NCBI GenBank assembly: GCA_051013385.1
Contig: CP143273.1
Coordinates: 320,001-384,000 of the forward strand
DNA: 64,000 nt
Direction: 5' to 3'
DNA from: Phormidium sp.
GTDB taxonomy: Bacteria > Cyanobacteriota > Cyanobacteriia > Cyanobacteriales > Aerosakkonemataceae
A program made the translations under genes and the position numbers. Position 1 is the first letter of the stretch, and every line of letters starts with the position of its first letter. Under the pieces are notes generated by a model that saw nothing but the letters and a program-made list of their open reading frames with translations, had not been told where the DNA came from and made no database searches. This document shows positions 16,354-25,496 of this stretch, piece after piece.

Positions 16354-19236
16354 CTAAAAAGTTAGCGGTGCAAGGGGGGCAATATCTGGATCGTCTCCAC
16401 CTAATTGATTAGTGCGTAACATCCATGACGTTGCACCTTGCCTAAGAAAGCATTCTGTAATGCTGTCACTGGCAACACGAGGCAACACTGTCCGCCAACT
16501 AACTAAACCTCTGAGTAGGGTTTTTAATGGATCGTCTTCCAGAGTGCTACCTAAAACGGCGGATTCTTCTGACCAATCGGCACGCGCACTGCCAAAGGGC
16601 ATTAAGTGCCATTTTAGATCGTTACCGAGTTTTTCTAATTGCTTAAGTCTTTGTGCCTGATCGGGATGTTGTTTCATCCAGGTTTTGATATCGGGATGAT
16701 TTCGGATCGATCGCGCCATCTGCACTAATGCCGCATACAAGCTTTGATTAGAATCTTGAGCGCAGTTATTTGCAGGCCCAACATAAGTTCCCCCAGTACC
16801 ATCGCCAATTCGATAACGCGCTGCCATCACTTCCAACTGACGAGTTAACACATCTAGGGGCGATCGCTCTTTTCCCTCCGCTACCTCATAATTCCCAGTA
16901 AAAGGCTCGAATTCAATTAGTGTATCGGAAATTGGGCGGAGTCCGATCCAACCAAATTGGCGATCGCCCATATACCTTGACCAGTGCATACTTCCAGATG
17001 TTAACCCATCTGGATTCTGCGTGTAAATTTGATGATAAATGATCTCCCAGCGTAACTCATCAGTGAGAGGTTCGCGGATCACTGTAGCAACGCCAAAGGC
17101 AAAGTGTCCAAAGTAAACAGGGCCTTGAGCAGAGGGTTCAATCTTTTTACCACCAATCCCACCATAAACATGAACTACTAAGGCGCGAGATCCTTCCTGC
17201 CAAGAATTTTTAACTTGCTTCAAAGACTGAGATGAGTAACTTAAAAGAGTTGAGCTAATCTTGCCTTTTTTCTGATTTAATTTTCCCCAAGATTCCTTTT
17301 TCAAAAAGGTTTCTACCGCTGTTCTTCCCAGAACTTCTTGAGTAGCATTCAGTTGAAACAAAGCACGGGGAGCGATCCCTTGCACCACAAAAGATCCATT
17401 CTGATCAGGTGCGCCGTAAATATACCAACCTGTTTCATTCAGCGAAGATTGTTCGATCCCTTTATTTGTAAAAGGATAAGTATCATTATCATCTTTAACT
17501 ACTTGTGGCAACCAAACAACTTCCTCTACTCCATCAAACTGCTGACTAGCTTTGTTGAAATGAACGACGCGAAAATGTTCTGGAGTCGCAGAGTTCTCAA
17601 CCGATGCTAAGAATTTTACCAAACCGTAGAAACGCCCAGTGATTTGAATGGGCTCATGAGAAATCATCAGATAGATCGGACTTCCCCCTTCCAACTTCTG
17701 CACCACTACCGGATCGGGTAATGCCACAATTAGATCGTCTTCGGGGTGAGCACCTGCCAAAGATTCTAGCGGATCGACTAGTTTCCAGTGGTTGAGGCGA
17801 GTTGGATACACACCACCCTCTTGACTCTTTTGTTCAGCAGTTGGGCTGAAATGCACGTCTTTAGTGACTTGTCGCCAGTAAGCTTGAACTTTTGGATCTT
17901 CACTCCAACGCAAAGTGAGGACTTGACCGATGAGATGGGCATATTCCGGGGGTGCATGATAGATTTCAAAGGGAATAGCTTGAGGTTTTCTGCCTTCGGG
18001 AGTCGGTAAAATCAAGCGACCGATCCAGTTTGCCACAGGACGATAGAGATCGCTAGGAACTGTAGCCGAAATCGGGTAAAATTCAGGTCGGTTGAAGGCA
18101 GCTTCCCGATAGCGATCGAGGTTACTCAGAACACGGGGTTTATTCAGTTCTGCCAGTGGAGCCGTTCCTTGAAGAATACCAGCTACCCAGTCTACAGTTT
18201 GTTGTAGGGCACTGCGTCCATCGGGGAGCAACAAATCCGGGTCCATTACACCACCAGGAACTTGATGTCCAACTGCGCCTAGATTAATCAAACTCACTTT
18301 CCCCATCCTTTTTGTGCGATTCCAGTAAGAAAGAAATAACAGTTTCCAGCGTTTCGGAAAGAAGATTGGCCCCGCCCGTTCGACAACATCTTTATTGCCA
18401 ACTAGGTGATAAAAGTGTTCTAGTTTGAGAGAGTTGTTGTTGCCACTAAACACACCTGCGATCGAGATAATATCGATCGGTGCTTGCAAAGCATCCTTTA
18501 AATAAGGTGCCGCTCCCATCGAAATTTGTCCACCACCGCTAAAACCAATCAAAGTAATCGGTAAACCACTTCCGGGTACATAACCATGATTGAGTAAGCT
18601 ATTGTAGATCACCTGAGCCGTTCCCCGGTTGTAGATCGGTCCATAACGACTATCAGCAGACACCCAAACCATAAACATATTCCGCAGATTGATCGCAAAA
18701 GCCAGCAAACCGCCATTTCCAGTCGATTGTACCCGATCGGCCCAGTTCCAGAACCAAGCAAAAGGACGATTCTGAGTCAAGGCGCGGTTCATCGGTGAAT
18801 AGGGCATCAAACCTCTAATAATTTGAATATCATCAGGCAATACCTGAGCTAAATCATCCAAAAACCTTTCTACATCAGGGAGATAGTCAAAATTTGCCTG
18901 ACCGATGCCATCAAGATAAATCACATAGCGAGAAACTGCTATTTCTGCGGGTACTTGTTCTTGAAGTTTACCCAAGTTTTGCTTTGTGGTTGCGATCGGA
19001 TCGCCATACCACCCCGCCCACCAACCTAGTGCTTCTAGAGGAGTAAGCAAAATTGCCAAAAGTAGCGCCAGCACCCCAATTCCGACTAGATTAAAGATCA
19101 AACGAACAGTTACACTCATGGCAGCAAAAGCAGTTTGAATCAGCAGGGGTAGGAAGGGCAACAAAATTATCAACGCCCCGGTAACTAAAGCCAGTTGCCA
19201 GAATTTTTTCCATCGGGTAGATGCTTGGTTGCTCAT
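16354..19236 (-). CDS. Large membrane-anchored protein of the cyanobacterial 'CAAX protease-associated' type; putative hydrolase
   Basis: Two N-terminal TM helices, YLDGI, GFSGGG (GxSxG), C-terminal GHFAFG...NNCAQDS. Confidence 0.7.
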   Translation of the reverse strand: MSNQASTRWKKFWQLALVTGALIILLPFLPLLIQTAFAAMSVTVRLIFNLVGIGVLALLLAILLTPLEALGWWAGWYGDPIATTKQNLGKLQEQVPAEIAVSRYVIYLDGIGQANFDYLPDVERFLDDLAQVLPDDIQIIRGLMPYSPMNRALTQNRPFAWFWNWADRVQSTGNGGLLAFAINLRNMFMVWVSADSRYGPIYNRGTAQVIYNSLLNHGYVPGSGLPITLIGFSGGGQISMGAAPYLKDALQAPIDIISIAGVFSGNNNSLKLEHFYHLVGNKDVVERAGPIFFPKRWKLLFLSYWNRTKRMGKVSLINLGAVGHQVPGGVMDPDLLLPDGRSALQQTVDWVAGILQGTAPLAELNKPRVLSNLDRYREAAFNRPEFYPISATVPSDLYRPVANWIGRLILPTPEGRKPQAIPFEIYHAPPEYAHLIGQVLTLRWSEDPKVQAYWRQVTKDVHFSPTAEQKSQEGGVYPTRLNHWKLVDPLESLAGAHPEDDLIVALPDPVVVQKLEGGSPIYLMISHEPIQITGRFYGLVKFLASVENSATPEHFRVVHFNKASQQFDGVEEVVWLPQVVKDDNDTYPFTNKGIEQSSLNETGWYIYGAPDQNGSFVVQGIAPRALFQLNATQEVLGRTAVETFLKKESWGKLNQKKGKISSTLLSYSSQSLKQVKNSWQEGSRALVVHVYGGIGGKKIEPSAQGPVYFGHFAFGVATVIREPLTDELRWEIIYHQIYTQNPDGLTSGSMHWSRYMGDRQFGWIGLRPISDTLIEFEPFTGNYEVAEGKERSPLDVLTRQLEVMAARYRIGDGTGGTYVGPANNCAQDSNQSLYAALVQMARSIRNHPDIKTWMKQHPDQAQRLKQLEKLGNDLKWHLMPFGSARADWSEESAVLGSTLEDDPLKTLLRGLVSWRTVLPRVASDSITECFLRQGATSWMLRTNQLGGDDPDIAPLAPLTF

Positions 19237-19895
19237 GAGTTTCTGTTATCCTGATTGCTTGGGTTACTTTGTAAGCCTGTTTCTAACAAGGTTTCTAAGC
19301 TGCGTAAGTCAGTCACTAAGTTAGTTCCAGCGGTAGTATTTGCCAGCCAAGTTCCCAAGGCTGAAATTGGTTTTCCGATCGTTCGCTGTAAGATCTGCAA
19401 AACAAACCATCCCAACAAACTACAAGCAAAAGCTTCCCACACATCAAACCCCGTCGCCGCATTGAAACCTCGCACAAATGCCAGTAAAGTCCACAGGGAG
19501 AGGAGAACTTGTATCGGTACACCGAAGTAAGGCATAGCAATTAAAAAACTCAGGATTTGGGGAGCCGTAGCCAGTCCCACCATGCGATAAACTATGTCGT
19601 AGTCAACGGTTTGTTGAAACAAAAACCGACTAACTAGCCAAGTACTCCAGATCCAAAAACCATAGCTGAAGACAAACAAAATGGCGGATAGCAACAGGCT
19701 CAGAATGAAACGGAAAGGTTTGACTCGGTTGATAAATAGAATAATACTTTGTCCGATCGCCTGCGAAAAACCCGCTAACAACAATACATCGATCGCTATT
19801 CTATTAGCATTGGGTAATTCTGCCATCACCTGAAATGCTTTTGGATTTAGTGCGATCGCTCCTTTAACTAATTCCCAAAAATCCGCAGATTCCAT
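19233..19895 (-). CDS. Yip1-like integral membrane protein
   Basis: About 5 hydrophobic helices; ATGA overlap with the downstream gene. Confidence 0.7.
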   Translation of the reverse strand: MESADFWELVKGAIALNPKAFQVMAELPNANRIAIDVLLLAGFSQAIGQSIILFINRVKPFRFILSLLLSAILFVFSYGFWIWSTWLVSRFLFQQTVDYDIVYRMVGLATAPQILSFLIAMPYFGVPIQVLLSLWTLLAFVRGFNAATGFDVWEAFACSLLGWFVLQILQRTIGKPISALGTWLANTTAGTNLVTDLRSLETLLETGLQSNPSNQDNRNS

Positions 19896-19997
19896 TTTCC
19901 ATATCCTAGAATTTTATTTAAGAAGAATATCACCTAAACAGCATTAGCTTAACTGCGATCGCAAACTCTGTAGAGACGTTGTATACAACGTCTCTAC

Positions 19998-20101
19998 TAG
20001 GACTTACGCTCCCAACCCGGTTTTTTAACGTAATTGGGTTGTTTCAGCGTTAGAGTAGTAACGAAAAACCGGGTTTCTTGGCTTATGGTGCGTAAGTCCT
20101 A
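19998..20101. repeat. Palindromic repeat TAGGACTTACGC...GCGTAAGTCCTA
   Basis: 12-bp terminal IR plus an internal AACCCGGTTTTT/AAAAACCGGGTT stem. Confidence 0.85.
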
Positions 20102-20162
20102 TCTACATTCTTTTTTGAAGATGTCTCTTGAATTGTTTCCAATTTCTGAGTCCTAAAAAAAG

Positions 20163-20654
20163 CTATTCTTCACCAAAATGCTCTTTGAGTTTGGTTTCTT
20201 GTTCTGTTGACAAATTAGATTGAATTAGTTCCCCTCTTTCCTCTGGTGAAAATGCCGCTTCCACCTTATCCACTGTCACTTGTCCAGTGAACAAAAATAA
20301 CGCCGATGTTCCTTCGGTAACTTTGGCTTTAACATCTTTGATAAAATCATCATTGATGCCATAGTCGCTAAAAGATCCAGACATTGCGCCCAATGCTGCA
20401 CCCATTACCATTCCCAAAATAGGGACCAGAAAAATCAACCCAAACAGCATTCCCCAAAAAGCACCATCTATTGCACCTGTAGTGGTTAAATCGACTGCTT
20501 GACGAGTTTTTGGTTTTTTGCGACCTTGAGGCCAGGATACGATCGCAGCATCCTCAATTTCAATCAATTCCTGTTTTTGCAGTTCTACCAACTTTGCCAT
20601 TGCTTTTTGGGCACCGTCAGCAGTGTGAAATTTCCAAACTGTTAGTGTTGTCAT
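20163..20654 (-). CDS. DUF1269 family membrane protein
   Basis: L.ELQKQELIEIEDAAIV, GAFWGMLFGLIF, GI.DDFIK, GTSALF motifs. Confidence 0.88.
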   Translation of the reverse strand: MTTLTVWKFHTADGAQKAMAKLVELQKQELIEIEDAAIVSWPQGRKKPKTRQAVDLTTTGAIDGAFWGMLFGLIFLVPILGMVMGAALGAMSGSFSDYGINDDFIKDVKAKVTEGTSALFLFTGQVTVDKVEAAFSPEERGELIQSNLSTEQETKLKEHFGEE

Positions 20655-20698
20655 AATTATATTACTCCTAATTAAGATGTGAAAATTTGCAGTGGGAT

Positions 20699-21100
20699 TT
20701 ATCGAGTTTTGCCGTACAATTTGACAATTGCTCTTTCGTTTGAACCTGGACGAGATCTGTAAATTAAGGTGACGTAGCGGATGGATCGATCGCGTCCAGG
20801 GAGATCGATTACTCTTGATTGTTGATTTTTGCTAATGTATTGCCGCAAAGGAACATCGATAGTTCTTCCATTGCGTAAAGTAACGGTCATATTGAAGACT
20901 TGAATACCCGTTTCTTTAACTTCTAACTTGATGCGGGCAAACTGTTTTCCAGTTCTTACAGGAATAACATCGCGATCGGTAACTAAGCGAACACTTCGCT
21001 CTCCTAAATATTCCCATCCATTTGCGAGTGTGGGTGCGATCGATCCTAACAAAGTCAAATTAAAAGCCAGCAAACTAACAATAACTGTTCTTCGTTTCAT
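20699..21100 (-). CDS. Small secreted protein (DUF2541-like)
   Basis: Signal peptide; W..LG...V....DRD.I, SR.IDLPG..R.I pattern. Confidence 0.65.
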   Translation of the reverse strand: MKRRTVIVSLLAFNLTLLGSIAPTLANGWEYLGERSVRLVTDRDVIPVRTGKQFARIKLEVKETGIQVFNMTVTLRNGRTIDVPLRQYISKNQQSRVIDLPGRDRSIRYVTLIYRSRPGSNERAIVKLYGKTR

Positions 21101-21378
21101 AAAAAACCTCTAGTTGGTAATTTTAAAGTACGTTGTTGTGCTGTCTTCACTAAATGTGGGGCTAAAGCCCAACAACGTACCTCTAAAAGCTCTCAAATTA
21201 ACGGCTTATTCATCATCACCAGTTCACAAACGAATCTGACAAACGTTTCAACATTGCTTCGTCATAACCTGCTTCCAAAGGAGTAGGGTGCATCAAACGG
21301 TAAAGCCTTATATAGAAAGGAAAATATCTAAATCTGACGCACCCTACAATATGACTTTAGCAATTGGACTCCAACGAT

Positions 21379-22173
21379 TTATTCAGGCTTGAGGCGCACC
21401 CGCTTGCCACCACCAGAGACCTGCAAGGTTTGACCACTTACCCAGGAGCCAGCCGGGGATGCCAGCCAGAGAAAGGCGTTCGCAATATCTTGCGGTTTAC
21501 CAGCACGTCCGGTCAGGTTGTCGGGATGAGCTAAGGCATACTGAGCCTTTTCGTCCAGCCCTGCCTCCGCATAGCCCGCCGTAATGACAGTCCCAATTAA
21601 CACCGTGTTGATGCGAACTTCCTTGGCAAAATAGTGGGCAAGACCCAGCATCATGTGATTGAGAGCGGCTTTTGCTGCGGAATAAGCAATGAAGTCAAAG
21701 GCTGGTAGCGTACCGACCAGAGAGCCAGAGTTGGTAATGGTGGCATTTTCAGCTTTCAGCAAGTAGGGGCGGCAGGCGGCAGTCATCCGCATTCCTGACA
21801 GGGTGTTGAGCTTGTAGCTTTCGACCATGTCTTCGATGGGAACCTCCAGGGGGTCGTCATAGGCTTTGCCCCAACCCACGTTATTGACCAGAGTGGAAAT
21901 CCCGCCAAAGGCTTTGACGGTTTGGTCAACACAGGCTTGAATATCCTCCTCACTGGTGACGTTGCAGCCGATTCCCAACACGTCATTACCCGTTTCAGCT
22001 TGAATAGCCGCTGCTGTGGCTTGAGCCTTCTCGCCATTGAGGTCGGCAATCATCACCTTGGCTCCTGCGCCAGAAAAGGTTTTAGCAATGGCTTCCCCAA
22101 TGTTTTGGGCACCGCCCGTGACGATCGCCACATGACCATCCATCCGAAAATCGTGAAATGCATCAAACGTCAT
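21379..22173 (-). CDS. SDR oxidoreductase, HdhA-like paralog
   Basis: GGAGG RBS before ATG 22173; TGGAQNIG, NNVG, YSAAK, WVSGQ.L.VSGGG. Confidence 0.88.
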   Translation of the reverse strand: MTFDAFHDFRMDGHVAIVTGGAQNIGEAIAKTFSGAGAKVMIADLNGEKAQATAAAIQAETGNDVLGIGCNVTSEEDIQACVDQTVKAFGGISTLVNNVGWGKAYDDPLEVPIEDMVESYKLNTLSGMRMTAACRPYLLKAENATITNSGSLVGTLPAFDFIAYSAAKAALNHMMLGLAHYFAKEVRINTVLIGTVITAGYAEAGLDEKAQYALAHPDNLTGRAGKPQDIANAFLWLASPAGSWVSGQTLQVSGGGKRVRLKPE

Positions 22174-22212
22174 AGAACCTCCTTGTACTCCAAAATCCAA
22201 AATTCAAAATTT

Positions 22213-22980
22213 CTAATCAAGTTCCTGCAAACCACCACCGCTAACGGTGAGCACTTGTCCACTTACCCAACTGGCAGCGGGAGAACATAAGAACAAAGCG
22301 GCATAAGCAATATCATTTGGTTGTCCCAAACGTGCCAAAGGTGTATGTTTTAACATGGTTTTTTCAACTTCTGGAGTAAGTACAGTTGCCAAAGCATCAG
22401 TTTTAATTGCACCGGGAGCGATCGCATTAACCCGAATATTTTTCGGCCCTAAATCAAAAGCAATATTGCGAGTTAAATGACTTTCTGCTGCTTTTGAAGA
22501 ACCGTAAGAAGCCATATTCTTGTTTTTGTTTTCACCTGCCATTGAGGAAATATTTAAAATTGCACCGCCTCCCGCTGCTTCGATGTGAGGAGCGCATAAT
22601 TGACAGAGGTGAAAAACTGAGAAAACATTGAGTTTATAAGCCCAAATAAATGTATCCATCGGCATATCAAAAGGTTTTGGGCCACCACCTCCCGCATTGT
22701 TTACCAAAATGGTAATTTTGCCAAAGGAGTCGATCGCTTCTTGCACCAAATTTGCTAAATCGTCGTTATTAGTAACATCGCAAGGAACTGCGATCGCTTT
22801 TCCCCCATTAGCATTAATTCCTTCGGCAACAGCAGCAGCGGTTTCTTTTTTCAAGTCACTAACAACAACTCCTGCCCCAGATGCCGCAAACAATTCGGCA
22901 ATTCCTCGCCCAATTCCGGCTCCCCCACCTGTCACAATTGCCACCTGTCCATCGAGCTTAAAGGCATCTAGTACTGTCAT
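22213..22980 (-). CDS. hdhA: 7-alpha-hydroxysteroid dehydrogenase-like SDR
   Basis: NNAGGGGPKPFDMPM, ENKN.NM.SY.SSKAA, FLCSPAASWVSGQ.LTVSGGG.QEL closely match E. coli HdhA as I recall it. Confidence 0.88.
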   Translation of the reverse strand: MTVLDAFKLDGQVAIVTGGGAGIGRGIAELFAASGAGVVVSDLKKETAAAVAEGINANGGKAIAVPCDVTNNDDLANLVQEAIDSFGKITILVNNAGGGGPKPFDMPMDTFIWAYKLNVFSVFHLCQLCAPHIEAAGGGAILNISSMAGENKNKNMASYGSSKAAESHLTRNIAFDLGPKNIRVNAIAPGAIKTDALATVLTPEVEKTMLKHTPLARLGQPNDIAYAALFLCSPAASWVSGQVLTVSGGGLQELD

Positions 22981-23030
22981 ATTGACTTCCTTCTTAACTA
23001 AGGTTCAAAATCAAAATCGTTCCTACAAAA

Positions 23031-23999
23031 TCAATGCTTTAGCGTTGCCTCTACGGTGTCTCGAATCCCTTGGGCTAAATCATCTCGACCGTATTCCAAA
23101 GCTTCGATTGCAGGCATCGGATCGAGAAACAGCAGCGTCGCTTGCATTTGAGCCATGCCGACGGGATCGTATCCTCCGACTTTGGCAGCAAATTGCATCT
23201 GTTCTGCTTGTTGGCGTGCAGAAACTAGGATCTTTTCCAACGGCTTGACCTCAAATGTGCGTTTAAGTTGCAAAGCATCGGCAAACAACCCGTAAATCTG
23301 TTCGTAGGTCAAGTTATCTTCGACGATCGCATAATGTTTGTGTCCTTGAATGCGATCGCAAGCCGCCGCAACCGCCGCTCCCACCTGGCGAGCCGTCACG
23401 CAAGCGGTTCCCCCCGCTGGCACCGAAACCACATCTTGCTCTTGCACCTGCTTGATGTAAAATCCCCAGAGAGTACCTCGGTTGGGAGCCGCCCCAAAGA
23501 TGTAAGGCAGTTCCAGAATCGCAACCGCTACATCGTCGCCTGCTAGTTCAAACGCAACCTGGTTTTGTTCCAGGCGAGATGTGACATAGGGATGCTGTTG
23601 TGCAATGCGTAGTAAGGGAAATGTGCGATCGAGGGCTGTGTAATAAGACCCCAGAATCACCAATCGCTGGCTACCCACTTGCTGCATCAGGGGAATCAAG
23701 CGCCGAATTGGTTCCACATTCGCCTGACGGTACCCTGCGATCGCAGGCGGCTCAAACGAGTTGCGCCCATCTGCACCGCCCCCATACACAACCGCATCGC
23801 ACCCATCGAGCAGTTTCAGCACATCATTATCGGGCAAGTCGTCAATATTCTTCAGGACAACCGCAACCTCATCGGGTAAGTAACCCGGTTCCGGGCTAGG
23901 GGGCAACCCCATCGCTATTACCTGATGCCCCCGCCTGACCAATTCCCTGACGGAGAAATAACCTAAATAGCCCGTACCCCCAATCATCAATACTTTCAT
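23031..23999 (-). CDS. NAD-dependent epimerase/dehydratase (extended SDR)
   Basis: GGTGYLG; YVTSR in place of YxxxK; LELPYIFG. Confidence 0.85.
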   Translation of the reverse strand: MKVLMIGGTGYLGYFSVRELVRRGHQVIAMGLPPSPEPGYLPDEVAVVLKNIDDLPDNDVLKLLDGCDAVVYGGGADGRNSFEPPAIAGYRQANVEPIRRLIPLMQQVGSQRLVILGSYYTALDRTFPLLRIAQQHPYVTSRLEQNQVAFELAGDDVAVAILELPYIFGAAPNRGTLWGFYIKQVQEQDVVSVPAGGTACVTARQVGAAVAAACDRIQGHKHYAIVEDNLTYEQIYGLFADALQLKRTFEVKPLEKILVSARQQAEQMQFAAKVGGYDPVGMAQMQATLLFLDPMPAIEALEYGRDDLAQGIRDTVEATLKH

Positions 24000-24009
24000 C
24001 GCTTATACC

Positions 24010-24801
24010 CTAAGATTTGATTTGCCAGACTGTGGGATAATCGTTGGCGCGAAAGGTGCTCTCGATCCCGCCGTCAATCATTACCAATTGACCAACGAGA
24101 AAGCGGGCGCGATCGCTTAACAAAAACTCGACTAGGTAAGCAACTTGTTCGCAGGTGGTAAATTCTCCTAATGGACGCGGAAGCCCCAAAATAGCTGGCC
24201 CTTTTACTGGATCTTGCAAATCGCGTTCCAGTAATGGAGTCATAACTGGCCCCGGACAGACCCCATTGAGGCGAATCCCTTTACCTGCCCAATCGGTGGT
24301 AGCGGCATTGCGGCGAATCCAGCGGGCGATCGCAAATTTGCTCACTTGGTAGCTGAATCGAGCTTGGTCTTTCATCAGAGCGATCGCTTCATCTCGATCG
24401 CCTTGGAGTAAGGCTTCCACTGGCTCGATCGGAATATTCGGCGTAATCGAAATTGAGTCTGATACATTGACCACAGCTGCGGTTGATGCCGACTGTGCCA
24501 GCGCCCCCTGTAACCCTTGGAGAAAATCCACCACGCCAAAATAATTCACCCCAAATACCAGCGGCGCATCGTTGCTATCAACCCCAGCATTGGCAACCAC
24601 CCCACTGAGATTTCCCCCACACAGATCTAGAACCCTTTGCACTGCCGCCTGACAGCCCTCAACACTGGATAAATCCCCTTCTACTTCAGCCCCTTTACCC
24701 GGTAAATCTACCCCGATAATCCGGTAATTCTGGGATTCCAGATATTGCCGCATCACCCATCCCATACCCGATTGGGAACCAGTAATTACAATGTTGCTCA
24801 T
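24010..24801 (-). CDS. SDR oxidoreductase, 3-alpha-HSD/carbonyl reductase-like
   Basis: IVITGSQSGMG, short Rossmann segment (IIGVD..AEVEGDLS), VNYFG, YQVSK, GIRLN...PG...TPLL. Confidence 0.8.
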   Translation of the reverse strand: MSNIVITGSQSGMGWVMRQYLESQNYRIIGVDLPGKGAEVEGDLSSVEGCQAAVQRVLDLCGGNLSGVVANAGVDSNDAPLVFGVNYFGVVDFLQGLQGALAQSASTAAVVNVSDSISITPNIPIEPVEALLQGDRDEAIALMKDQARFSYQVSKFAIARWIRRNAATTDWAGKGIRLNGVCPGPVMTPLLERDLQDPVKGPAILGLPRPLGEFTTCEQVAYLVEFLLSDRARFLVGQLVMIDGGIESTFRANDYPTVWQIKS

Positions 24802-24862
24802 TGTTTTACTCCTTGCGAAGGGACAGAGTAATCATTAAAAACTATCGATTGGTTCATAAAAT

Positions 24863-25357
24863 TTATTCGGGACGGAGCATAGATTTCATTACAGCTGCAT
24901 TAATAAACCAGGAAGCAATTCCGGCAATTAAACCTATAACGATCGCTCCTATAAATGGAGTAACGAGGATCGAACCCACAAATTTTTGCAAGAATAATGC
25001 GATCAATGCAGTTGTACCAAAGACAAACAACGAGTAGAACAAGACCGTTCTTACACCAAAAAAGAAGAAAGGGCGATCGAGCAAATCTGTGGAAACTAAT
25101 TGCAAGCTTTTAGCTTTCTTACCGAAGTTAAAAAAGGCGATAACACCCAGAATCAGCGACAGGATAAAGGCAGTCATTACGCCTGATGAAAAAATGGTTT
25201 TTTCGTGCGCTGAAATAGTATCCACTGTGAGCGGTACAGTTGCTTTGCCCTGGAACATAAACCAGCCGATAATCCCGTTAATCACAGCGTTAATAACGCC
25301 ACTGACGATCGCCTCTTTTTGAATAATGTCGCTCGCTTTAGCCGAATCATGAACCAT
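24863..25357 (-). CDS. Hypothetical membrane protein (about 4 TM)
   Basis: Hydrophobic 164-aa ORF at the head of the minus-strand run. Confidence 0.75.
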   Translation of the reverse strand: MVHDSAKASDIIQKEAIVSGVINAVINGIIGWFMFQGKATVPLTVDTISAHEKTIFSSGVMTAFILSLILGVIAFFNFGKKAKSLQLVSTDLLDRPFFFFGVRTVLFYSLFVFGTTALIALFLQKFVGSILVTPFIGAIVIGLIAGIASWFINAAVMKSMLRPE

Positions 25358-25419
25358 ACAATAGCTAGGTTTTTAATCACGTTAAAAGCATAAACAACAA
25401 AGGTGCAAAACTGGTGCAA
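25292..25419. repeat. 128-bp direct repeat, copy 1
   Basis: 119/128 identical to 29665-29792 by manual alignment. Confidence 0.92.
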
Positions 25420-25496
25420 TTAACAAACTGTTTTGATAAATTGATTATTGATGAAAATTGGTTTATTGTAAGTTTTACACTGGTTAAAAATCTGCC

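Noticed and set aside
21217..21282. Minus-strand peptide LEAGYDEAMLKRLSDSF as a remnant of another SDR
   Set aside because: Too short to distinguish from chance.
22697..23248. 183-aa plus-strand ORF and similar overlapping ORFs in the track
   Set aside because: Antisense to well-supported genes, with no motifs of their own.
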